Below are positions 44,655 through 53,362 of a stretch of DNA of 64,000 nt, one piece after another. The position numbers and the translations under genes were made by a program. How positions within the stretch are numbered: position 1 is the first letter of the stretch; each line of letters starts with the position of its first letter. The notes below the pieces were generated by a model. That model saw only the letters and a list, made by a program, of their open reading frames with translations. It was not told the DNA's origin and made no database searches. Source of the stretch: Minisyncoccia bacterium (GTDB lineage: Bacteria; Patescibacteriota; Minisyncoccia; Phycocordibacterales; Phycocordibacteraceae); assembly GCA_038207395.1 (NCBI GenBank), contig JBBQZW010000003.1:115760-179759 (forward strand). The letters run 5' to 3'.

Positions 44655-44899
44655 CCGGTGGAAAGGGTCTGTGTTTAAGGGCTTTTTAAACACAGACTGG
44701 GGTGTACTATAAAAGGACTGCCGGGAGACATACATCCATAACGGCAGGTTCGGCGTTAGGTGAGAACTCAAATAAGGGGGCGAACATGCCCACTCTCAAA
44801 CCACCGGATATAGTCATCGTGCCTATTCGAATCGATCCTGGGTAGTTCTTTATTGCACATACCTGAACATTACATATCCATATATGGATATGTCCATAA
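44655..44899 (+). ncRNA. candidate structured ncRNA of about 280 nt, class unresolved
   Basis: No credible ORF; long-range CCGGUGG/CCACCGG pairing enclosing three hairpins; 12-bp perfect hairpin GTCTGTGTTTAA...TTAAACACAGAC; intrinsic terminator at 44900. Confidence 0.25.
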
Positions 44900-44938
44900 G
44901 CGGTCGGCGGGGACTTGTTCCCGCTGACCAAACTTTTT
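44900..44938 (+). terminator. rho-independent terminator (+ strand) with no upstream + strand CDS
   Basis: GGTCGGCGGGGA-cttgt-TCCCGCTGACC then AAACTTTTTAT. Confidence 0.5.
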
Positions 44939-45255
44939 ATACACACACCTAGTATGAACGCCGCCTCAACCTGTTTGGTTGGGCGGCGCTTCTTCATTGG
45001 TGATTCGCGAAGGTAATCCGGGACAGACTTCAGCATCTCGGCGTGGTATCCAAACGCTTCCATCGGAATCGCTCCTACCGCAAAACAAAAATCGTGCATG
45101 AATTTTGCACTTTCCTGCACTTGCCACACAGGTGCGACAAGGTATCGGCAGGTAGTCAATTGATTCGTGGGGGTCGTGAGACGATACTTGAATGCGTGAC
45201 ATCAATGCTCTCCTATACGTTTTTGTGGTACTAACCAGTCTATGGTGTACTCCTG

Positions 45256-45855
45256 TTACGAAGTACGGTCAAGGTGAATAAACGTACGGCGGTGGATATC
45301 TGAAAGTCCATGGGTGCGCAACGCATCCATATGTACCGACGTTCCATATCCCTTATGGTTACCGAATCCATACTGCGGGTACTGCTTATCGAGCGCAATC
45401 ATGAGGCGGTCCCGGGTTACTTTTGCAGCAATAGAGGCGAGCATGATTGAAGGGATGAGCGAGTCACCTTTAATCACCGTCTCTTGGTGAAAACGTGCTG
45501 GCGCATAAAGACTTCCATCAAGCCATACCTTTGTTTCAGGTAGATCATCGGCGGAACACAATTTCTCAAGGCCGGTACTGAGCGCTTCGCGTATGACCAC
45601 CGCAATCCCTTTCGCATCAATGTCCTCAGCAGAGCGAAGTTCAACACCATACGAAATATCACCCGATTGAACATGTTCTTCGAGAAGAGAAAACAGCTGC
45701 TCTCGTTTCTTTTCACTCAGTTTCTTTGAGTCGTTGAGCCCTGGGAATGCATTTACTATATCGAAAGATTCAGGTGCGCGAACAAAACCTACGGATACGG
45801 GGCCCGCGAGCGGGCCCCTCCCTGCCTCATCAATACCAATGACCCATTTCATCAC
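45256..45855 (-). CDS. rnhB: ribonuclease HII
   Basis: GIDEAGRGPLAGPV N-terminal catalytic motif. Confidence 0.85.
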   Translation of the reverse strand: MMKWVIGIDEAGRGPLAGPVSVGFVRAPESFDIVNAFPGLNDSKKLSEKKREQLFSLLEEHVQSGDISYGVELRSAEDIDAKGIAVVIREALSTGLEKLCSADDLPETKVWLDGSLYAPARFHQETVIKGDSLIPSIMLASIAAKVTRDRLMIALDKQYPQYGFGNHKGYGTSVHMDALRTHGLSDIHRRTFIHLDRTS

Positions 45856-45892
45856 CTCATACTAGCAGGAGCATTTCTGGTATTCTGTACTA

Positions 45893-48800
45893 ATGCCTGG
45901 TCGCTTCATTCATCTCCACACCCACAGCCACTACAGCTTCCTCCAGGCACTTCCTAAGGTACCGGCACTAGTGGGCGCTGCAAAGGACGCAGGTATGGAC
46001 GCACTCGCGCTTACGGACACGGGAAATCTCCACGGCGCTATTGAGTTCTATAAGACGGCGGAGAAGAAAGGGATAAAGCCCATCATTGGTGTGGATATGT
46101 ATATGGCGCCCCGTACGCGTTTCGATAAAGATCCGGTACAAGACGCGAAGCGAAGCCGTATCGTGCTACTCGCAGAAAATAATCAGGGATATAAAAATCT
46201 TTTAAAGCTAGTGTCCGCCGGACAGGTTGAAGGTTTCTTTGAAAAGCCGCGTATTGATAGGGACATTTTGCGTGAACTAAAAGAAGGCATCATTGCCATA
46301 CTCCCCTCTTTTGCTGGAGATCCTGCACGCTTGTTAGCAGCTGGAGACAGGGCTGGAGCATCAGCTTCACTCGCAGAGTATCAAAGTATATTTGGTCCAG
46401 ATCATTTGTATCTTGAAATTTCGCATCACCCTCGTGCTGAAGGACATGAAAAGCGTATGCAGGAATTGAAAACACTTTCAAAAGAATCGGGTGTTCCTCT
46501 TTTGGCTCAGCATGACGTGTACTACTTGAAGCCGGAAGATCGTGAAGCGACAGAAGTCATGCGCCGCATTGGGCTCGGAGGCACGGGAGGAAGCGAAGAC
46601 GAAGACTTTTCATTTGTAAGCGAAGCGCAGATGCGTGAGTGGTTTGAAGATGTGCCCGAAGCAGTGGATGCCTCAGGCGAAATTGCAGACCGTTGTAGCG
46701 TGACGCTTGAACTTGGTTCTTGGAACTTTCCGAAAGTGGATACCGCGCCCGGAAAGACACATGAAGACATGCTTCGCGAAGACACGTACACAGGACTAGT
46801 TCGCCGAAACATGGAGGAAACTCCTGAGGTACTTGAACGTATTGAATACGAACTTGGTGTTATTAACGGCAAAGGATTCGCACCCTACTTTCTTGCCGTG
46901 TCTGATTTGCTTAATCATGCCAAGGAAGCAGGCATTTTAGCTACGACCCGCGGCTCCGCCGCGGGCTCCCTCGTTTCCTATCTCACGGGTATCACCACCG
47001 TGGACCCTATAGAGTACAAACTCCCCTTTGAACGATTCCTTAACCCTGAACGCCCCAAGGCGCCGGACATCGACATGGACTTTGCCGATAACCGGCGTGA
47101 TGAGATGATTGCGTACGCGAAAGAAAAGTACGGAGCAAATAATGTCGCGCAAATAGGAACGTTCGGGACTATGATGGCGCGCGCTGCCGTGCGTGACGTT
47201 GCCCGGGCGCTCGGTCACTCATACGGCACGGGAGACCGTATCGCAAAGCTCATTCCACTCGGCGCGCAAGGGTTCCCCATGACCATCACGCGTGCACTTG
47301 GCCTTGAACCGGAGCTCAAACAAATCTATGACGAAGATGATGATATTCGGGAAGTGATTGATCTCGCGAAGCAGATTGAAGGATGCGCGCGTCAGACAGG
47401 AGTACACGCCGCAGGTGTGGTTATTTCTCCCACCCCACTCACGGACTGGACTCCCCTTCAGGTTGATCCAAAGACCGGTAAGCTCATCACGCAATACGAC
47501 ATGCACGCCGTGGAAGAAGCTGGTCTCTTGAAATTCGACTTCTTGGGCATTAAGAACTTAGCGATTATTGCAGACGCTGTGGAGCGCGTGCGTAGCACGC
47601 GCGGCGTCGATATTGATATTGAAACAATTCCGATTGACGACACCAAAACATTTGAAATGCTCGCGCGCGGAGATACAGAAGGAACCTTCCAGCTCAACGG
47701 TTCCGGCATGACGCGCTATCTTAAGGAACTTAAACCAACCACCATCCATGACATTAATGCCATGGTGGCGCTGTATCGCCCGGGCCCGATGGAAACTATT
47801 CCAACGTACATTGAACGCAAACAAAATCCTGCACTCGTTCGCTACCTCGATGAGCGCATGAAAGACTACCTCGACGCTTCATACGGACTCTTGGTGTATC
47901 AGGATGACGTTCTTCTCACGGCCATCACGCTCGGTGGATATTCCTGGCTTGAGGCAGACACCCTTCGTAAAGCTATGGGTAAAAAGATTCCTGCAGAGAT
48001 GGAGGCACAGAAAGAAAAACTTCTAACGGGATTCAAAGAACATGGAAAAATATCTGCTGCAAAAGGAGATCAACTCTGGAAGCTTATTGAACCCTTTGCC
48101 GCCTACGGTTTCAACAAGGCGCACGCAGCGTGCTATGGAAAAGTAGCGTATCAAACGGCCTATCTAAAGGCTAATTATCCTGTTGAGTATATGGCTGCCG
48201 TACTTACGGCGGACGCAGGCGACACGGAAGCCATCTCTATATTCGTGGCCGAAAGCGTGCGTCTTGGTATTCCGGTTCTCCCGCCTGATGTAAACGAAAG
48301 TGGTACTGACTTCACCGTCGTGAAAGATGGTGCAGAAAATGCACAAGGAACACCAGTCGATGCAATCCGCTTTGGTCTTTCGTCTATAAAAAACTTCGGT
48401 GAAGGAATTGCACACGCTATTTTGGATGAACGAAATGCAAAAGGACCCTATACTTCGCTCGCTGACTTTCTTGCACGTGTTGCAAATAAATCACTAAATA
48501 GAAAATCACTCGAGTCACTCATTAAAGGCGGGGCGCTCGACCGATTCACTGAAGGATCAAGGGGACGTGGCCACCTCATTACACACATTGAAACACTCCT
48601 CGCCTTTCACCGTGACGCTACGGCAGAAAAACCTCAGGACTCTCTCTTTGGCGCGATGGTCCTTACTCCGACCCTCACCCTTCCTCCTCCCTTTGGTGAA
48701 ACTCCCGCTGCAGAAAAACTCGCCTGGGAAAAAGAACTTCTTGGTATTTACGTTTCGGGACACCCCCTTGAAGCGCATGAGGCTATTCGTGCAAAGGCAG

Positions 48801-49084
48801 GAACTGATCTGAAACGTCTTAAGGAAGATCCTATGCCCGGACGAACTATTATTCTTCCGGTGCTAATTATGGAAACGAAGATCCACCTCACCAAAGGCGG
48901 AGACCGTATGGCCTTTGTGACCTTTGAAGATATGGCAGGTTCTATCGAGGGAGTTATTTTCCCAAAACTCTTTAAAGAACATATGGCGCTGATTGTCCCT
49001 GGTACCTGTATTCTCATAAAAGGAAATGTATCGCTCCGAAATGGCGAAGTAACCATCGCTATTGAAAACCTCAAGGCGCTCTGA
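45893..49084 (+). CDS. dnaE: DNA polymerase III alpha subunit (compact, 1063 aa)
   Basis: PHP domain HLHTHSHYS, polymerase core blocks, C-terminal OB fold. Confidence 0.9.
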   Translation: MPGRFIHLHTHSHYSFLQALPKVPALVGAAKDAGMDALALTDTGNLHGAIEFYKTAEKKGIKPIIGVDMYMAPRTRFDKDPVQDAKRSRIVLLAENNQGYKNLLKLVSAGQVEGFFEKPRIDRDILRELKEGIIAILPSFAGDPARLLAAGDRAGASASLAEYQSIFGPDHLYLEISHHPRAEGHEKRMQELKTLSKESGVPLLAQHDVYYLKPEDREATEVMRRIGLGGTGGSEDEDFSFVSEAQMREWFEDVPEAVDASGEIADRCSVTLELGSWNFPKVDTAPGKTHEDMLREDTYTGLVRRNMEETPEVLERIEYELGVINGKGFAPYFLAVSDLLNHAKEAGILATTRGSAAGSLVSYLTGITTVDPIEYKLPFERFLNPERPKAPDIDMDFADNRRDEMIAYAKEKYGANNVAQIGTFGTMMARAAVRDVARALGHSYGTGDRIAKLIPLGAQGFPMTITRALGLEPELKQIYDEDDDIREVIDLAKQIEGCARQTGVHAAGVVISPTPLTDWTPLQVDPKTGKLITQYDMHAVEEAGLLKFDFLGIKNLAIIADAVERVRSTRGVDIDIETIPIDDTKTFEMLARGDTEGTFQLNGSGMTRYLKELKPTTIHDINAMVALYRPGPMETIPTYIERKQNPALVRYLDERMKDYLDASYGLLVYQDDVLLTAITLGGYSWLEADTLRKAMGKKIPAEMEAQKEKLLTGFKEHGKISAAKGDQLWKLIEPFAAYGFNKAHAACYGKVAYQTAYLKANYPVEYMAAVLTADAGDTEAISIFVAESVRLGIPVLPPDVNESGTDFTVVKDGAENAQGTPVDAIRFGLSSIKNFGEGIAHAILDERNAKGPYTSLADFLARVANKSLNRKSLESLIKGGALDRFTEGSRGRGHLITHIETLLAFHRDATAEKPQDSLFGAMVLTPTLTLPPPFGETPAAEKLAWEKELLGIYVSGHPLEAHEAIRAKAGTDLKRLKEDPMPGRTIILPVLIMETKIHLTKGGDRMAFVTFEDMAGSIEGVIFPKLFKEHMALIVPGTCILIKGNVSLRNGEVTIAIENLKAL

Positions 49085-49214
49085 TACAGTAGCGAAAGCA
49101 GAGTTCACCCATTCGCGCCGAAAGCCCGCACGCTTCCTTCGGCGCGAACGCTTCGCAGCAATCTCCTGACCCCCCTCGGTTGGGATTGCTGCGAACAGGT
49201 CCGGGAGTCATCTA

Positions 49215-51053
49215 ATGATGGCTCCCGGATTTTCCTTTATACTCTCTCTTTTCCTTACATATGCTATTCTTTTTGACATGGCATCGCATATTTCTACCCA
49301 TTCGTGCTCCCTACCCGAAAAGCGTCACACACTGGCTCACCTTTTAGCAGCAGCGGTACTTGAACGGTATCCGCATGCAAAACCAACCATCGGGCCGGCC
49401 GTAGACACTGGCTTTTACTACGACTTCGACTTTACTGGAGCGGAGGGATCAAACGGTACTCCAGGAGAAGCAGATCTCGCCGCACTTGAAGCTTCCATGC
49501 GAGAACTTCTTCCTTCATGGACGCAGATGCACGGAACTGAAGTATCAACAGAAGACGCGCGTGACCGTTTCGCTGGAAATCAGTTCAAGCAGGAATTAAT
49601 CGACGGGATTGTCGAAGCAGGTGAACCTATTACCCTCTACACGGCTGGGAACTTTACCGATCTTTGCCGTGGCGGTCACTGTGAGCATCCTGCGCATGAT
49701 ATTAGTACTGACTCATTCACGCTTGAGCGCATCGCCGGCGCATACTGGCGCGGGGACGAAAAGAACCCTCAACTCACCCGCATCTACGGCTTAGCATTTG
49801 ACACAAAAGATGAGCTTGAGACATACAAGACACAGATTGAAGAAGCAAAGAAACGTGACCATAAAAAGCTTGGTCCAGAACTCGACCTGTTCGTATTCTC
49901 TGACCTCGTTGGTCCGGGTCTCCCCCTCTTCACGCCAAAAGGAACTATGGTGCGAAATCTTCTCGACGAATTTGTTACTGAACTCCGCACAGAACATGGG
50001 TACGAAAAAGTAGAGATCCCGCATATTACGAAAAAGGATCTATACGAGAAATCTGGGCACTGGGATAAATTTAAAGACGAACTCTTTCGTGTAACGACGC
50101 GCGAAGGTCACGAGTTTGCCATGAAGCCAATGAACTGTCCTCATCACACGCAGATTTATGCGCGTAAGCAGTGGAGCTACCGCGAACTTCCTCAGCGATA
50201 CTCAAACACTACAGCCTGCTACCGTGATGAACAGTCCGGTGAACTTTCAGGTCTTTCCCGTACGCGTGCTTTTTCACAAGATGACGCACACGTCTTCTGT
50301 CGCATGGATCAGGTAAAGGATGAGGCACTAAAGGTATGGGATATCATTCACACCTTCTATCCAACGTTCGGTTTCGAACTCAAAGTTCGTCTTTCCACGC
50401 ACGATCCAAAGAATATGGACGCGTATCTTGGTTCTATTGAGACCTGGGAAAAGGCAGTCGGAATGCTTAAGGAAATTGTAGACGATAAAGGTGTAGAAGT
50501 AATTGACGGACTTGGAGAAGCAGCCTTCTACGGACCGAAACTCGACTTCATTGCGAATGACTCTATTGGCCGTCAGCTTCAGGTAGCAACCATCCAACTC
50601 GACATGCAGCAGCCGGAGAATTTCGATCTAACCTGCATTAATGAACACGGTGAAAAGGAACGCATCGTAATGATCCATGCTGCAATCATGGGGTCCATCG
50701 AACGATTTATGTCCGTACTGATTGAACACACGGCCGGTAACTTCCCTACCTGGCTCTCTCCTCTTCAAGTGCGCGTGCTTCCGGTTTCAGAGAATAACGC
50801 TGACTATGCAGAAAAGATTCGTACCGAACTCAAGGCAGCAGGTATCCGTGTAGACGTAGAAGGAAATGATTCACTTGGAAAACGCATCCGCGCGGCAAAA
50901 CTTCAAAAACTTCCCTACATCCTTGTTGTTGGTGATGCGGAAATGACTGCAGGTACCGTAACTCCCGAAAGCCGTGACGCAGGAAAACTTGAGCTGATGA
51001 GCGTCGCCGACTTTGCTGCAAAAGTGCAGGAAGAAATTAAGACGCGCGCGTAG
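49215..51053 (+). CDS. thrS: threonyl-tRNA synthetase lacking the N-terminal TGS domain (start uncertain, alternative ATG at 49278)
   Basis: Editing-domain HTLAHLL, class II motifs, MNCPHH, RDEQSGELSGLSRTRAFSQDDAHVFC; the first 21 codons are hydrophobic and may not be translated. Confidence 0.85.
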   Translation: MMAPGFSFILSLFLTYAILFDMASHISTHSCSLPEKRHTLAHLLAAAVLERYPHAKPTIGPAVDTGFYYDFDFTGAEGSNGTPGEADLAALEASMRELLPSWTQMHGTEVSTEDARDRFAGNQFKQELIDGIVEAGEPITLYTAGNFTDLCRGGHCEHPAHDISTDSFTLERIAGAYWRGDEKNPQLTRIYGLAFDTKDELETYKTQIEEAKKRDHKKLGPELDLFVFSDLVGPGLPLFTPKGTMVRNLLDEFVTELRTEHGYEKVEIPHITKKDLYEKSGHWDKFKDELFRVTTREGHEFAMKPMNCPHHTQIYARKQWSYRELPQRYSNTTACYRDEQSGELSGLSRTRAFSQDDAHVFCRMDQVKDEALKVWDIIHTFYPTFGFELKVRLSTHDPKNMDAYLGSIETWEKAVGMLKEIVDDKGVEVIDGLGEAAFYGPKLDFIANDSIGRQLQVATIQLDMQQPENFDLTCINEHGEKERIVMIHAAIMGSIERFMSVLIEHTAGNFPTWLSPLQVRVLPVSENNADYAEKIRTELKAAGIRVDVEGNDSLGKRIRAAKLQKLPYILVVGDAEMTAGTVTPESRDAGKLELMSVADFAAKVQEEIKTRA

Positions 51054-51061
51054 TCAGCAGA

Positions 51062-51130
51062 CAAAACAAAAAGACCGTTCTTGCAGCGAAAGCACATAGG
51101 CTGCAAGAACGGTCTTTTTGTTTTGTTTTT
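51062..51130. terminator. bidirectional terminator
   Basis: 18-bp stem AAAGACCGTTCTTGCAGC...GCTGCAAGAACGGTCTTT flanked by A- and T-runs. Confidence 0.6.
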
Positions 51131-53238
51131 TACCCTTGGGCCACCGCAAGCGCGCGTGTAAGCGCTAGCTTGATACCCGTTACTCCCATTGAGTAACTTC
51201 CGTCAACGGCCGTAGTAAGGCTCGTGACGAGGCGCTCGAGGAATGGTGTTGCACAGTGATCCGTAACACGCTTTATGTCTGCATGAACCGGTGTACCGTC
51301 GATACGAGCCTTGTATGCGTCATCAAGAGCGAGGATGGCGTGTGAGACGAATTCTTCCACGTCGTGTCCTGCCTGGTTGATCTGACGAATGGTGCTAAAG
51401 ACTACGTCACGTTCACCTTCAAGGATAGCTGCAATGAAGCTCGTTACCTCAGGATGTACGGGAGTTGCTTCGGGAGCTGCTGCAGGAACACGTTCAGTTC
51501 GTGATACTGCAGGTGCTTCGTATACAGGAGCCGCATGCTCACGTACCGCTGGTGCTTCAACTGGTGCAGACACAGAAACTGTTTCAGTATGAACAATGGT
51601 CTCAGAATGTGCAGCGTGTACTGGCTCCGTAGAGAACTGCATGCCTGACTCACGGGAGAGCCCTTTAACAATGTCATCGATAGTAAGACTTTCTGACGTT
51701 GCAAACTTTTTAAACCCTTCGCCATTCATCTCAAGACGAGGTGCAGGTGCAGTACGCGGAGTAACGCTTGGCATCACGGCACTCACTGCTGCTGTGTGAA
51801 CTGCCTCATGCACGCTTGGTGCGGGAGTCTCCACAGTGTGAGCAGAATAGCGAGCCACCGGCATCGCGTGAGATGTTCCTGATGCAGGGGCATGCGCTAC
51901 TGATGCGTGACTAAGAGTGTGTGCTGGTTCTGTATTCATGGCTTCATGTACAGTAGCACCGAAGGCAAGAGCACGACGACGCATGAACGGTACGGCTCCG
52001 AAGAGAACAAGATACGCGGCAGCAAGACTCCAGACTACGAGCATTGTCCAGTAGACGGCAGTGCCGACAGGACCAAGATCAAGACCGGTGTACGGAATCT
52101 GAGAGAGATACACACTTCCAAGAGGAGGCGCAATGCGTGTGCTTGAGCTGAAGTAGACAAGAGGGTGACGACCTCCACTGCGTCCACCACCGCCTCCGCC
52201 ACCTCCACCTCCACCTCCACCGCCACCACCTCCTCCACAAGTACCGGTATCGGCACATGTCGTAACGGTAGTTTTAATGGTCACTGAAGCCTGACATGCA
52301 GTATTTGCAGCAGCGCCTGGAACCGTTGCAGTATAGGTAGTATCACCTGTTGGATTAACTACGGCTGTTCCTGTTGCTGTGGTAAATGTACCAACTCCTC
52401 TATCAATCGTGATTGAAGGCGCATTCTGATACTGCCAAGAAAGAGTTACGGTATCACCGGGATTGATTTGGCTTGCACTTGCGGTTAGGAAGATACAGGC
52501 AGGGACCGTTGTAGTGATAATACGTACTGGCGCAGAACAGTTGCTTGAGTTTGCAGCTCCGGTTGCTGTTCCTGTGTAGGTAGTATCGGTCGTTGGACGA
52601 ACAACTACTGAACCTTCCTCTACGGGCGTTACGCTTCCAACCCCCTGATCAATGCTAAAGGTATTTGCGTTAGTAGTGTGCCACGTAAGTGTTACCGCCT
52701 GACCCGGAGTGATATTAGTAGCGCTTGCCGTAAGGTAATCACAGGTAGCCTGCGGAGGAGTCACTGGAGGGGTCGGTGGAACGGGTGGTTCTATCGGAGG
52801 AAGGATAGGCGGAAGTACTGGAGGCACTACGGTAGGTGGAACCACGGTACAGCAGGGAGGAAGGATATCGATTGGTGGTAGTACGGGAGGGATAACGGGC
52901 GGCGTAACCGGAGTTACTGTGCAGCATGGAGGGAGGATATCGATTGGTGGTAGTACTGGTGGAATAACCGGAGGTGCCGGTGTAACGGTACAACAGGGAG
53001 GAAGGATATCGATAGGCGGAAGTACTGGAGGAAGTACTGGCGGAGTGAAAATCGTAGGAAGGGGGATTATCGTACAGCATGGAGGGAGGATATCGATTGC
53101 GTATGCAACATGTGGCTTTACCATGCCTGTTGCGAACGCAAGAACGAGGCCTGTTGCGATAGTTGCAACCACCACAAATATACCGAAAAGAATCGGGTGT
53201 GTGCGGTGATAGCTGAATGTGGTGTTGGTTGTTTCCAT
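51130..53238 (-). CDS. large surface protein: N-terminal TM anchor, tandem Pro/Cys-rich repeats, two Ig-like domains, 18-Gly tract, second TM helix, His/Ala/Pro-rich region, C-terminal globular domain
   Basis: Start set at METTNTTF (53238); the upstream 91 codons of the track ORF overlap the preceding gene and terminator hairpin; four repeats IDILPPCCTVTP..PPVIPPVLPP. Confidence 0.55.
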   Translation of the reverse strand: METTNTTFSYHRTHPILFGIFVVVATIATGLVLAFATGMVKPHVAYAIDILPPCCTIIPLPTIFTPPVLPPVLPPIDILPPCCTVTPAPPVIPPVLPPIDILPPCCTVTPVTPPVIPPVLPPIDILPPCCTVVPPTVVPPVLPPILPPIEPPVPPTPPVTPPQATCDYLTASATNITPGQAVTLTWHTTNANTFSIDQGVGSVTPVEEGSVVVRPTTDTTYTGTATGAANSSNCSAPVRIITTTVPACIFLTASASQINPGDTVTLSWQYQNAPSITIDRGVGTFTTATGTAVVNPTGDTTYTATVPGAAANTACQASVTIKTTVTTCADTGTCGGGGGGGGGGGGGGGGGGRSGGRHPLVYFSSSTRIAPPLGSVYLSQIPYTGLDLGPVGTAVYWTMLVVWSLAAAYLVLFGAVPFMRRRALAFGATVHEAMNTEPAHTLSHASVAHAPASGTSHAMPVARYSAHTVETPAPSVHEAVHTAAVSAVMPSVTPRTAPAPRLEMNGEGFKKFATSESLTIDDIVKGLSRESGMQFSTEPVHAAHSETIVHTETVSVSAPVEAPAVREHAAPVYEAPAVSRTERVPAAAPEATPVHPEVTSFIAAILEGERDVVFSTIRQINQAGHDVEEFVSHAILALDDAYKARIDGTPVHADIKRVTDHCATPFLERLVTSLTTAVDGSYSMGVTGIKLALTRALAVAQG
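52790..53100 (-). repeat. in-frame tandem DNA repeats (about 70-bp period, 4-5 copies) encoding the IDILPPCCTV Pro/Cys-rich repeat
   Basis: Repeated + strand unit cagcatggagggaggatatcgattggtggtagtac at 52849, 52920, 52990 and 53074. Confidence 0.7.
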
Positions 53239-53362
53239 ACGTTTTTTTTGAATGCGTTGATAATGTGGTAATAAAGGTTTCCATGCTGCTAGGCAGCGTA
53301 CAAAAAAGGGAGTGAGAAGAGGTGTGATGTGCGGAGGACCTTGGTCCTCCGCACATGCATCG

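Noticed and set aside
44707-45234. Track ORFs 44707-45159 (-), 44966-45205 (-) and 45043-45234 (+) in the rnhB-rpmF gap
   Set aside because: Cys/Trp-rich implausible translations, no RBS, mutually overlapping. The region is better explained as non-coding (structured RNA or leader).
49085-49215. T-box riboswitch leader upstream of thrS
   Set aside because: The region is only about 130 nt and lacks the T-box consensus (AGGGTGGNACCGCG) and a specifier-loop architecture. It is kept instead as a hairpin operator or attenuator candidate.
52790-53100. Possible CRISPR array suggested by regularly spaced 35-nt repeats
   Set aside because: The repeats are in frame inside a long coding region, the spacers are themselves conserved, and the period (about 70 bp) encodes a protein repeat. 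No cas genes are present.
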